A stretch of DNA of 64,000 nucleotides from Thermoproteota archaeon (GTDB taxonomy: Archaea > Korarchaeota > JAOZGF01 > JAOZFZ01): the NCBI GenBank assembly GCA_027492035.1, contig JAOZFT010000007.1, forward strand, positions 27,195 to 91,194. Reading direction: 5' to 3'. The notes under the pieces are model-generated. The model worked only from the letters and a program-made list of their open reading frames with translations. It had not been told where the DNA came from and made no database searches. Shown piece by piece: positions 18,012 to 27,405 of the stretch. Within the stretch, counting starts at the first letter, position 1. The number at the start of each line of letters is the position of its first letter. The position numbers were made by a program, and so were the translations under genes.

Positions 18012-18538
18012 AAGAGGAAGGGTGGAGAAAGGAATTGGAACAGGGGGAGAAATTAAGAAAATTAAAGGAAATAAAAAGAAAAGCCTTGATTTGTTTCCAA
18101 TGTGGAGTATGTGTTGGAAGCTGTCCAGTCGCTTTCGTAAATGAAAAATATAATCCAAGAAGAATCTTAAGAAACTTCCTTTTCAACCAATCCCCGCCAC
18201 AGCTAAATCTAAGCAATTTACCTTGGCTATGCCTCCATTGTTATGCATGTCTCGAAAGATGCCCCCAAAATATAGGCCTATCAGAAGTTATGTTTAAGAT
18301 TCAACACCTTCAGTTTTTAAATGGAGAAATACCTTCCAGTTTCTTAAATGCAGTTAAACAAATAATTAAAACAGGCAGGGTTTCACCTGTGACGCCAATA
18401 ACGGAAAGAAGAAGGGAGCAGCTTAATCTTCCAAAAATTGAAACCGAAACAGGAGTTGAGGAACTTAAGAAAATAATTAAAGAAACAGGTTTAAAAAAAC
18501 TCCTGTTCAGTCAAGAAGAGGAGAAAAGAAGTGGCTGA
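18008..18538 (+). CDS. hdrC: Heterodisulfide reductase subunit C
   Basis: 176 aa. CFQCGVCVGSCP and CLHCYACLERCP. It overlaps the hdrA stop (GTGA). Confidence 0.85.
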   Translation: MKEEGWRKELEQGEKLRKLKEIKRKALICFQCGVCVGSCPVAFVNEKYNPRRILRNFLFNQSPPQLNLSNLPWLCLHCYACLERCPQNIGLSEVMFKIQHLQFLNGEIPSSFLNAVKQIIKTGRVSPVTPITERRREQLNLPKIETETGVEELKKIIKETGLKKLLFSQEEEKRSG

Positions 18539-19433
18539 AAGAGAAACCGGGCACAAGTATGCTTTCTTTCCAGGATGCTTAGTAACTACAAGGCTTCCTT
18601 ACATAGAAGCTGCTGTAAGGAAGTCAATGAGGAGACTTGGTGCAGAACTGGTGGACATGCCTGAAACAACATGCTGCCCTGAACCAACCCTTACAAAAGC
18701 TTTAAATCAAAAGACATGGTTAGCAATTGCAGCAAGAAATTTATCCATAGCTGAAGAAATAGGACTAGACATATTGACTCCATGTAACGGATGCTATGGA
18801 ACATTTAAGACTGTAAATTATATCATTAAAACCAATGAAAAGGAAAGGGTTAAGATAAATGACACACTTAAAAAAGTGAATAGGGAATACAAAGGGAAAA
18901 TACAAGTGAAACATGTGGTTGAAGCCCTTTACAAAGACATAGGTAAAGAAAGAATAAAGAAAGAAATCCAGAAACCCTTAAAAAACATTAAAATAGCAGT
19001 TCATTACGGTTGTCACCTTTTAAGGCCAAGTGAAATAATTCAACTTGACGACCCTGAACAACCAACTTTCTTAGATGAATTAGTGGAAGTGTTAGGGGCT
19101 AAAAGTGTGGATTATGAAAGAAAAATGATGTGCTGTGGGGGAGAAGATTTAAAAATCCACCCCCAAACAGCCTACTCCATTTTAAAAGAAAAATTATCAA
19201 GTATAAAAGAAGCAGATCCAGATTGTATAGTGGTTACATGTCCCCTCTGCATGATTCAATTGGATGAAAACCAAGCTTTACTTCAAAGAAGGCACCGTCA
19301 AAACTTCAACATACCTGTGTTTTATTATTCTGAACTCTTATGTTTAGCCTTAAATATTAATTTAGGAGACCAACACTTTAAACTCCACCGAATAAAAGCA
19401 GATGAAGTAGTTAAGAAAATAGTTAAAAGTTGA
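18531..19433 (+). CDS. hdrB: Heterodisulfide reductase subunit B (two CCG domains)
   Basis: 300 aa. YAFFPGC, CCPEP...CNGC and CCGG...CPLC patterns. It overlaps hdrC by 8 nt. Confidence 0.85.
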   Translation: MAERETGHKYAFFPGCLVTTRLPYIEAAVRKSMRRLGAELVDMPETTCCPEPTLTKALNQKTWLAIAARNLSIAEEIGLDILTPCNGCYGTFKTVNYIIKTNEKERVKINDTLKKVNREYKGKIQVKHVVEALYKDIGKERIKKEIQKPLKNIKIAVHYGCHLLRPSEIIQLDDPEQPTFLDELVEVLGAKSVDYERKMMCCGGEDLKIHPQTAYSILKEKLSSIKEADPDCIVVTCPLCMIQLDENQALLQRRHRQNFNIPVFYYSELLCLALNINLGDQHFKLHRIKADEVVKKIVKS

Positions 19434-19591
19434 AATTCTGCAACCGAAGAAACAGTGACACAAAACATTTTAAAGGTTTCTTCCACTCTTCTTAAAGGGA
19501 AGAAGTGAAGGGAACTCAGACCTTTCTTTCAAAAGTTTTTAAAAAGGACACGGAAAAAGGTTCTTGAAGAAAATACGAGGAAGAAAATAAA

Positions 19592-20728
19592 GTGGAAAGC
19601 GGAAAAATAACTTTGCTTCTTGTTTCACTGTTTCACCTGCTGAATGACGCAAACGTTTTTCTTCTACCCGCTGTTTTTCCTTTAGTTATTCAAGAATTCA
19701 GTTTATCCTTTTTCCAAACAAGTTTACTTGTCGGATGTTTAACATTTACTGTAACTTTTTTACAGATTATGATAGGTTACTTGTCGGATTTTTTAAGCCG
19801 AAAAATACTTTTAGGCTTAGGCCTCCTTATTGTTTCTTCAGCTTCCTTCTTAGCTGCCTACTCAACCAATTTTACAATTCTTCTTTTAAGTCAAGTTTTG
19901 TTAGGAATAGGAGGAAGCTTTTATCACCCAATAGGGTACTCCTTAACAGTTAAAAAATTCCTTAAAAGCAGTAAAGGGAAAGCTTTAGGGGTACAGAGTA
20001 GTTTCGGAGATTTAGGAATACTTCTAATGCTTACTTCCACAGGAAGCTTGGTTCATTTCTTTAACTGGAGAACTCCTTTCATTCTTTGGGGTACCTTATC
20101 CCTGATTTCTTCACCCTTATCCCTTTTTATGGAAGAAGAGAAAAACCTCAAAATAGAAAATCAGAAATTATTTTCTGAAAAAGTTTTTTTCTCCTCATTC
20201 CTGATCCTTTTCTTTATACTAGGTGGAATCTACCGGGTAATTTACACTTATATTCCCACTTATTTAACCTTTAGAGGATTAAATATTTCACTTTCAGATT
20301 TGCTTGCTTCCTTAATGACAGTGATTGGTCTGATAGGAAGCTTGGTTTCTGGTTATTTTTCAGACAAGTTCGGGTGCTTAAAAATTTTAATTCTGAACTT
20401 TGTATTCACCGGTTTCTTTTCCCTCTTCTTAACTTGGCTGTCAAATATCCCTTTATTAATAATTCTTGTTTTAGTTATAGGGTGGGGCGTTTATGGTGCA
20501 TACCCTGCTGCCTACTCTTTATTTGCTGAGTTTTCAAATGTGGAAATAGCAGGTTTCCTCTACGGGATCATCTTATCAATGGGTATGCTTGGAGGTACAG
20601 TAAACATTTTGATTGCTGGTTTAATAGCTGATAATTTTGGTTTGAACCAAATATTCATTTACACAGGACTAACTACTTTATTGACATTACCCCTTTTTAA
20701 GCTACTCAAAAAACCTGTTCGGTTATAA
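19592..20728 (+). CDS. Major facilitator superfamily transporter
   Basis: 378 aa, about 12 TM segments, MFS-like loop motif GYLSDFLSRKILL between TM2 and TM3. Confidence 0.75.
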   Translation: MESGKITLLLVSLFHLLNDANVFLLPAVFPLVIQEFSLSFFQTSLLVGCLTFTVTFLQIMIGYLSDFLSRKILLGLGLLIVSSASFLAAYSTNFTILLLSQVLLGIGGSFYHPIGYSLTVKKFLKSSKGKALGVQSSFGDLGILLMLTSTGSLVHFFNWRTPFILWGTLSLISSPLSLFMEEEKNLKIENQKLFSEKVFFSSFLILFFILGGIYRVIYTYIPTYLTFRGLNISLSDLLASLMTVIGLIGSLVSGYFSDKFGCLKILILNFVFTGFFSLFLTWLSNIPLLIILVLVIGWGVYGAYPAAYSLFAEFSNVEIAGFLYGIILSMGMLGGTVNILIAGLIADNFGLNQIFIYTGLTTLLTLPLFKLLKKPVRL

Positions 20729-20919
20729 ATTTTCTTCTCAACGACAACATTACAGGAAGCCATTAGTTCGAAAAAAGTAGTGAAAAAGTGTAAGGGACTG
20801 GAAAGGAATAAACTCCGAGTCTAAAAGGAAATACGCAAGTGCTTGAAGGATTAAAGGGAATTTAAGAACCCTTTAGGAATTTAAAAAAATACTTAGAAAA
20901 GTTGGATATATAGGTATGA

Positions 20920-20939
20920 ACTTATTTATATAAATAAGT
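20920..20939. repeat. Perfect 20-bp palindrome ACTTATTTATATAAATAAGT flanked by direct TATGAA hexamers
   Basis: Read directly from the sequence, inside the 1.2-kb ORF-free region. It contains a TTTATATAAA TATA-like core readable on both strands. Confidence 0.3.
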
Positions 20940-21913
20940 ATGAATAATTCTTACCATAAAATCTAACATTTTTACGGATGCCTCCTCCTCAAAATTTCAC
21001 CAGGGACTAATCCCTTTAATAGGCAGCACCGACAAAGAGAAATACCTATCGCAAGTGAAGGATTTGATAGGTAATTCTTAGTTTTAGAAAGTATCCAGGT
21101 AAATGCACTGTTTTTTACTATGAACAATTTAATTCACCTCAGAAGGGGAGAACACAAAAACATTTAGTTCTGGAAAGGAACCTACTAACTTGCTAAGCAG
21201 ACGTCAGCCTCTGAGGGCAGGTGTAGATACTTTATTTTTTAGCTCGCCACAAGATTTGTAACCTAGAGTTGAATTTAAGCAAGATCTTCCGATAAAAGGG
21301 TCTATTCTTGGATAGTACAGAATTTGTTGCAGTTCCTAAAATTAAAAAACTCACTAAAACGCACTTTCACACTTTACGAATTAGTACTCTTCCATTCTCT
21401 CACGTCAAAGTTTTTCAATTCTATAATTCTATTGATACACCTAGAAAGGAAAAATTGGAAGTAGTATCAAAGAAAACTTGAGTTGCTTCTTTTTTCTCCC
21501 CACAATTTTTCGAAACAGTTTCCCTAAAATTCCAAAATCTCTTGGTTTTTATTAATGAAATGTTTAAGGTTCTTCGAGCAGCCTAGCTTTTTTTCTTAAT
21601 AAAAATAGCTTCTCCAAATTTAAGTAAAAATTTTATCAAATACTTAAATTCCTAAAGTCCTTAAAGTTTTCCTAATTGTTTTTTATAATATAAACTTTAT
21701 ATTCCTTATTTACTTTAAGTTCAATATGTGCAATAAGAATACCTTATTTCTGGAATAACGGAAAATAGTCCATGAAAAAGGAGGGGGTTCGAAGGTTACA
21801 GTAGTATGAAATTAAGATTTTACTTTTTCGTATTTATTAATCTGATTTTTCACTAAAAACTAGGAAAAATTTTTAACTAACTAATCTCTCTTTTTATTAA
21901 GTTTTTTGGAGAG

Positions 21914-22414
21914 GTGAAGGTACAGTTGTTGTTAGTTGGTGAAGCGTTAGTTGGTGAAGGGAATGAAGTGGCTCACATAGATTTATTGATAGGTGACAAG
22001 GATGGCCCGGTTGGCTATGCCTTCAGCAATTCATTAGCTTCACCTAGAGAAGGGCACACTCCTTTGTTAGCTGTCTTGGAACCTAATCTTCAACCTAAAC
22101 CTTCCACTTTAATTATAAATAAAGTTACAATAAAAAATTCGGCTCAAGCTGTGTTGATGTTTGGTCCTGCTCAAGCAGCAGTAGCTAAAGCTGTAGCTGA
22201 CAGCGTAGAGGAAGGAGTTATTCCGAGAGACATGGCTGAAGATCTTGTTGTAATAGTTTCAGTTTTTATTCACTGGAAAGCCAGAGATAAAAAGAAAATT
22301 TACGACTACAATTACGAAGCCACAAAACTTGCAATTAAAAGAGCATTTAAGGAAGAGCCTTCAGTGGAAGAGGTTTTGTCCAAGAAAGATAAGGCCAAGC
22401 ATCCATTTGCATAA
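21914..22414 (+). CDS. fae: Formaldehyde-activating enzyme (5,6,7,8-tetrahydromethanopterin hydro-lyase)
   Basis: 166 aa. [27 protein letters not shown]...[13 protein letters not shown]...[14 protein letters not shown]...[23 protein letters not shown]...VFIHW...[15 protein letters not shown] is a near-textbook Fae. The start is uncertain (GTG 21914 or TTG 21926). Confidence 0.9.
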   Translation: MKVQLLLVGEALVGEGNEVAHIDLLIGDKDGPVGYAFSNSLASPREGHTPLLAVLEPNLQPKPSTLIINKVTIKNSAQAVLMFGPAQAAVAKAVADSVEEGVIPRDMAEDLVVIVSVFIHWKARDKKKIYDYNYEATKLAIKRAFKEEPSVEEVLSKKDKAKHPFA

Positions 22415-22686
22415 ATTTACCTTAGTTGCCACCAACTCTTTTCCTTTTTTTAAAAACTGGGAAGAAATTTGCAGACCCTGTTAACTCTTTTTTACATTTC
22501 TATACAAAATTTTAGTTAAAAAAAGGTTTTTACATTTTAGACATGAGAATCGGGAAAATTAAATTTGTTTTCTTCCTTTTCCATGTTTTTCCACAAAAGT
22601 CCTTTTTTACCTTTTTCCCAGGATTTAAAAAGTGGAAAAATTTATAAACAGCCTAAACAAAATCTTTAGGTGGTGGATTCTTTAAT

Positions 22687-23523
22687 ATGTCGTTTGAAAT
22701 CCAGGAGCTTCCTGACATCATTAAACTAGTTATTCTACTAAGTTTCAATAGGGAAGAGAGTTTAACAAGGTCTCAATTGAAAAATAAACTTGAACATTAT
22801 TTAGAAAGAAGAGGCTCTATTGATTTAGCTGATTTAGAAGAAGCTTTAGAAGAATTAATTTCTGAAGGCCTCATTGTGAAACTTAATGGCAAATATGGTT
22901 TAACAAAGGAAGGAGTTAAATTAAGCAGTAAATGGAGGAGTCTATTAACTAGTAGAAGCCCTATTCTGGAGTTCATTGCCGGATTAACTGATGGAGCTGT
23001 TACAGGTTTAGTTATTGTGTTTTCAGCTTTTCTAGCTCATTTAGCCTTAAAAACAGTGATTTACTCTTCTATTTTAACTTTAACTGCTGTTTCCATAACG
23101 AATTTTTCAAGTTTCTTATTAGGCGGAAAAACTGAAGATATAGCAAATGCTCTTTCCTTCAAAACATTAGTTGAATTCAGTTTAAGAGACATCTCTGATA
23201 AAGCGGAGAGAAGAAAATCTTTCAAATTAGTTAAGCGTTTATTTTCAATTTTGAAGAAGGAAATATCTAAAACTAACTTTTTATCTGCTGCAACAGGTGC
23301 AATTACAACTTTTGCTTCAGGTATTGTTCCAGTAGCTGCATTTATTTTTTTGAAGACACCTCTAAACATTTTCTTTTCATTGATTGCTTTAAGCGTAATA
23401 GTAGTTTTTCTAATTTACTATCGTGTCAAGAAATCTAAGGAGAAGTGGAAAACAACAGTTTCTGAAACGCTGTTAATCCTTACCCTGGCATCGATTGCTT
23501 CATTGATGATTAGTTCCCTGTAA
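22687..23523 (+). CDS. VIT1/CCC1-family membrane protein with an N-terminal winged-helix-like domain
   Basis: 278 aa. The N-terminal ~80 aa (SLTRSQLKNKLEHYL...LISEGLIVKLNGKYGLTKEG) look wH-like. This is followed by LEFIAGLTDGAVTGLVIVFSAF and LSAATGAITTFASGIVPVAAFIF, typical VIT1 TM motifs. Confidence 0.6.
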   Translation: MSFEIQELPDIIKLVILLSFNREESLTRSQLKNKLEHYLERRGSIDLADLEEALEELISEGLIVKLNGKYGLTKEGVKLSSKWRSLLTSRSPILEFIAGLTDGAVTGLVIVFSAFLAHLALKTVIYSSILTLTAVSITNFSSFLLGGKTEDIANALSFKTLVEFSLRDISDKAERRKSFKLVKRLFSILKKEISKTNFLSAATGAITTFASGIVPVAAFIFLKTPLNIFFSLIALSVIVVFLIYYRVKKSKEKWKTTVSETLLILTLASIASLMISSL

Positions 23524-23544
23524 ACACTTCAATTAAATATTTAA

Positions 23545-25401
23545 TTAATTGTAGGGGTAATTCTTTTCAGATAAAGGTATTTGACGGTAGATGTAACCTA
23601 AAGGAATCCCTAGGCTCCATGCTTGGGGGTAAACTTGTTTCGCGTGGTTATTAACTGCTAACCGGTAGAAAAGCTTGTATCTAGCGTCAACATCCACATT
23701 AGGCTTAAACCTATCCCAAACGTTTTTGCATTGGCAGTAAGGATTATGCCAGTTATCCCAGGGTACACCACCCCAGGTGTATCCCCGCAGGTCCTTGTAG
23801 GTTTCCATGTTCAGTATAATGTCTTGTTCGTAAGGGTTTGTTCTCCATACTTTGTCTCTTGGGTTGTAATAAACTGGAAATGCATGTCCTAAAGTACCTA
23901 TGATTGCTGGGACGTTAACGTAGCGAAGAAGAAGCGATTGAATATACGCATTATCCATGCATGCACCTATGAATTTTCCTGTTTTTGTGAAGTAACTCCA
24001 GTACCATTCTATGTGGAAAGGACAACGGAATTCTCCTACAATTACTCTACCATTAACAATTATTTCTTCTGGCACATCAAAATCCACGTGTTCATTGTTG
24101 ATGAAGAAATAATCATCTAGGTTTGCTGCTAACCTATCTATTTTTGTGAGGTATCTGAAAAGGTACTTCTTCTGCATACTTTTATAAGGCATGTTGATTT
24201 CTACAGGTTCATTTTCCCCCAGGAATTCTTTAACCATAAATTCCCTCCCTTTGAAGCTGAAATTTCCAGCTATTAAAAACATGAAGTCGTTAATGTTTTG
24301 TGGCCTCTTTAAAACCCCTGAATAAATGTAATGCCAGTTCCAAACACCCCAATTGCCTGTTTTATCGGTTATTTCTTTGAAATTAGGGTAAAATTGCCCG
24401 GGAAAATCCCAAACTAATGCTATATCTGCTTCTAATGGGTAGTTTTTGGCTTGCCAGTCTCCACCGTATTTCTTTATTATTTGGTCGGTTTCAATGACAA
24501 AATCTAAAATTTTGGGGACGTAGTGCATGATCGCTACAGTTACTTTGTCATCACTTATAGTGCTAAGTGCACCGTAATCTATACTGCAGGCTAAAACAAT
24601 TCGGTAATAACTTTCAGGAATCTCCCTATCTTCAACTAAATGAAGTAAAACTTGCAGTTGGGTGTTGTATCTAGGAACTTTAAAACTGAACCTACTTTCA
24701 TCCGGTAAACCGTATTCGTCAATAAGGTAGAGTCCCTTCTTTACTTGGTAATCTTTTTTTGAAACATTTATAATTTGCTCTAACTGCTTTATAGCTGCCA
24801 ATTCCTTAGAAGAAACACCATCCTTAATTTCCGGCAACTCAAGCAGATCATCTGTTAAATACCCCAAATTGTAAGGAGAGGCCTTTTTTGAATATGTAAT
24901 ATTTAATTTTGATAGATCTCCTTCATCGACACCATCCAAAACATACTTAGAAACAAGTACCCTAAACAAGTCTTTTTTCTTAAGTGCTAACTGGAAAAAT
25001 TTCTCTTCCAAACTGGAAATCTTTTTATCTTCAAAGAACAAGCCTGTTTCAAGAATCCATTGAGCAGCGTTACGGTTTTTAGATTCAGCTTTCTTGATTA
25101 AGTCAATATATTTCAATACCTCTGTGAGATTTGCTTTTTCGGAGTAGACTTCAGGCATTTTTAACAAGCAAGGAGCCATATCACCCAAGCTAGAAGCTTT
25201 CTCAATAACTAATTTGCCATATTCATCTAAACCATTTCTTGTAAGTTCAGAGTAGTAAGGGTTGTTTGTGTATAGCCACTCCACGAATCTAGGGTTTAGT
25301 TTATAAATTCTTCCTAAAAAGGGGGTTGAATTTGCCACTGCAAAAAAGAAGATGGGAATGAATAACAGTACAAGCCACGTAACCAGCAGCAAGTACTTCA
25401 T
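23545..25401 (-). CDS. Large membrane-anchored/secreted protein with a C-terminal transglutaminase-like cysteine-protease core
   Basis: 618 aa. N-terminal TM LLLVTWLVLLFIPIFFFAV. C-terminal GACMDNAYIQSLLLRYVNVPAIIGTLGHAFPVYYNPRDKVW matches the transglutaminase-core Cys...His...Asp pattern (G.C.dfa..f.al.R..gIPAR...GHaw.evy...). Confidence 0.6.
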   Translation of the reverse strand: MKYLLLVTWLVLLFIPIFFFAVANSTPFLGRIYKLNPRFVEWLYTNNPYYSELTRNGLDEYGKLVIEKASSLGDMAPCLLKMPEVYSEKANLTEVLKYIDLIKKAESKNRNAAQWILETGLFFEDKKISSLEEKFFQLALKKKDLFRVLVSKYVLDGVDEGDLSKLNITYSKKASPYNLGYLTDDLLELPEIKDGVSSKELAAIKQLEQIINVSKKDYQVKKGLYLIDEYGLPDESRFSFKVPRYNTQLQVLLHLVEDREIPESYYRIVLACSIDYGALSTISDDKVTVAIMHYVPKILDFVIETDQIIKKYGGDWQAKNYPLEADIALVWDFPGQFYPNFKEITDKTGNWGVWNWHYIYSGVLKRPQNINDFMFLIAGNFSFKGREFMVKEFLGENEPVEINMPYKSMQKKYLFRYLTKIDRLAANLDDYFFINNEHVDFDVPEEIIVNGRVIVGEFRCPFHIEWYWSYFTKTGKFIGACMDNAYIQSLLLRYVNVPAIIGTLGHAFPVYYNPRDKVWRTNPYEQDIILNMETYKDLRGYTWGGVPWDNWHNPYCQCKNVWDRFKPNVDVDARYKLFYRLAVNNHAKQVYPQAWSLGIPLGYIYRQIPLSEKNYPYN

Positions 25402-25708
25402 TTTTAAATCAAGCCTTCTTTTACAAAGATTAAGTTACTGTGAAAAAGTAATGACGCATTGCCCTTTAAAGTTTTTACATCCAAATATTTTATTAAAGTC
25501 TTTTAAGTTTCTATGTCTTTAAAGTGAAAGAAGGCTCTCTATAATTTCTTTTAGAAGGAGAAAATAATATTGATTCGATTTTGCAATGAAGAATTTTCTT
25601 TTTAATCTAATTTTAGCTTTGCTTTGATTTTAAGAAGAGATAAAAATTTTTACTGCAAATACTCCCTCTGAATCGTTTTTCCAAACTTTTCAAGTTTTTG
25701 CAGGGAGG

Positions 25709-26407
25709 TTGTTGAAAGGAGTAACAAAGTTGCTGGAGGTGATTGGGATTTCCAGTTGGGGTTTCATGCTTAAAGAGCTTGGTTTCAGAGATTATTCCTT
25801 TGTCGAAACAGTTGTTTCAACTTATTCAGGAAATATAAAGAATTTCGCGCCTATTGGAGTAGTTAAAAAGGGGAGGAATCTTTATTTAAAACTTTTTAAA
25901 ATAACAAAAACCTACAGAAACATTTCGGAAAACAAGGAATGCGTAATAAACGTAGTTAGCGACGTTGAAATATTTTATTTAGCTCTTTTCAAGGAAAAAC
26001 TGGGTGTGAATAAACGTTTTCCGAATTTTTTCCTTCCTAGTTTAACTGTGGATGCACCAAGGGTGAAAGGAGCTGATGCATATGTGGAGGCTGAAGCTGA
26101 AAACTTTAAAACTTTGACTAATGGAAAAGTTGAGGTTAAGTTGAGGATTAAATTTGTTGAAATAGTGAACCCTAGACCTAAAGTTTTCTGCAGATGCGAT
26201 TTTGCAGTGATCGAAAGCTTAATTCATTTAACACGAATTCCTGTATTTGTTTCTCAAAAGAGATGGGTAGAGGCTGAGAAGCTGATTAAATTAATTGAGT
26301 ACTACAAGGAGTTGGTTGAAAGAGTTTGTCCAAAGTCAGAACATATAAAAATAATGGGTAAGGTGGCTGAAGAAAATGAGCAATGGAAGAAAAAAATTGC
26401 TGGTTGA
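25709..26407 (+). CDS. DUF447-family protein (methanopterin-pathway-associated)
   Basis: 232 aa. LGFRDYSFVETVVSTYS...NFAPIGVV matches the DUF447 N-terminus. The start is uncertain (TTG 25709 or ATG 25766). The 3' end overlaps the beta-RFAP synthase gene by 32 nt. Confidence 0.65.
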   Translation: MLKGVTKLLEVIGISSWGFMLKELGFRDYSFVETVVSTYSGNIKNFAPIGVVKKGRNLYLKLFKITKTYRNISENKECVINVVSDVEIFYLALFKEKLGVNKRFPNFFLPSLTVDAPRVKGADAYVEAEAENFKTLTNGKVEVKLRIKFVEIVNPRPKVFCRCDFAVIESLIHLTRIPVFVSQKRWVEAEKLIKLIEYYKELVERVCPKSEHIKIMGKVAEENEQWKKKIAG

Positions 26408-27353
26408 CACACCTTCACGGCTTCATTTTGGGATGATTGATTTGAAAGGGGACTTAGGAAGGTTGTATGGTTCATTAGGGTTAGCGTTAAAAAAACCAGG
26501 ATATAAAATAAAGGTTGAGGAAAGTGAAGAATTAACAGTAAAGGGATTTCAAGGTAGAAGAGCCTTAGTGATACTTAAAAAATTACTTGAAAGAATGAAT
26601 GTAAAAAGAAAGTTTTTGGTGAGCATTGACGAAGCTATACCTGAACATGTGGGGTTGGGTTCCGGCACCCAATTAACTTTAGGTTTAGGTTTGGCTGTAG
26701 CGAAAGTGCTCAATATTAAAATTGACGTAGAAGAAATTGCTGCTTTAACAGGAAGAGGGGAAGAATCAGGGGTTGGGATCTATGTTTTCAAACATGGAGG
26801 ATTTGTTTTAGATGGAGGTAAGAATATAAGAGAGAAGAGAGGCATTCCTCCCTTACTTTTGAGGATTCCCTTCCCTGAGAACTGGTTCTTTATAGTTGCA
26901 ACTCCGGAAATAGAGAGGGGAGTGTCTGGAATTAAGGAGAAAGAAATTTTTAGGGAGCCATTCAAGTGGTTGAGTTCTGATTTACCAAGGAAAAAGTCAC
27001 ATTTACTTCTTATGAAAATGATTCCTGCATTAGTAGAGAAAGAAATTGAAGTGTTCGGAGAAGCATTGACGGAGTTTGAGAAATTGACAGGTGAATCTTT
27101 CTTACGGTTCCAGGAAGGTATTTACAGACACCCAATAATAAGGAAGGGTGTAGAGTTACTTTTAGAAAATGGTTGTGTAGCCGCTGGACAAAGCTCTTGG
27201 GGCCCCACCTTCTATGGTTTAACGGATAATTTGAAAAAAGGCAGGAACTTAGCTAAGGCTATAAAGGATCTTTTTGCTAAAGAGAAAGTAAAAGGAGTTG
27301 TTTTTGTCAGTAAAGCACGTAATGAAGGTGCTAAAATTAAAACAATAAGCTGA
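26376..27353 (+). CDS. mptG: Beta-ribofuranosylaminobenzene 5'-phosphate (beta-RFAP) synthase, GHMP-kinase fold
   Basis: 325 aa. VDTPSRLHFGMIDLKGDLGRLYGSLGLALKKP and HVGLGSGTQLTLG match the beta-RFAP synthase family, which catalyses the first committed step of methanopterin biosynthesis. Confidence 0.8.
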   Translation: MSNGRKKLLVDTPSRLHFGMIDLKGDLGRLYGSLGLALKKPGYKIKVEESEELTVKGFQGRRALVILKKLLERMNVKRKFLVSIDEAIPEHVGLGSGTQLTLGLGLAVAKVLNIKIDVEEIAALTGRGEESGVGIYVFKHGGFVLDGGKNIREKRGIPPLLLRIPFPENWFFIVATPEIERGVSGIKEKEIFREPFKWLSSDLPRKKSHLLLMKMIPALVEKEIEVFGEALTEFEKLTGESFLRFQEGIYRHPIIRKGVELLLENGCVAAGQSSWGPTFYGLTDNLKKGRNLAKAIKDLFAKEKVKGVVFVSKARNEGAKIKTIS

Positions 27354-27405
27354 AAGCCAGAAGGGACAAACTGTTTGATCTCTTACCTCTATAACGCAGG
27401 AACTG

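Noticed and set aside
20798-21451. Possible replication origin (ORB-like elements) in the 1.2-kb ORF-free region
   Set aside because: ACTGGAAAGGAATAAACTCCGAG loosely resembles the Pyrococcus-type ORB core (AGTGGAAATGAAACTCTGGGG), and CT(G/A)GAAAGGAA recurs three times. However, the repeats are short purine-rich words that are common in this AT-rich genome. All three are in the same orientation, there is no flanking inverted ORB pair, and no orc1/cdc6 gene is nearby.
21781-21800. tRNA T-loop-like GGTTCGAA
   Set aside because: GGGGGTTCGAAGGTTAC has no complementary 3' T-stem (CCCCC is absent). No acceptor or anticodon arms can be built from the flanks. It looks like a chance match next to an SD-like AAGGAGG.
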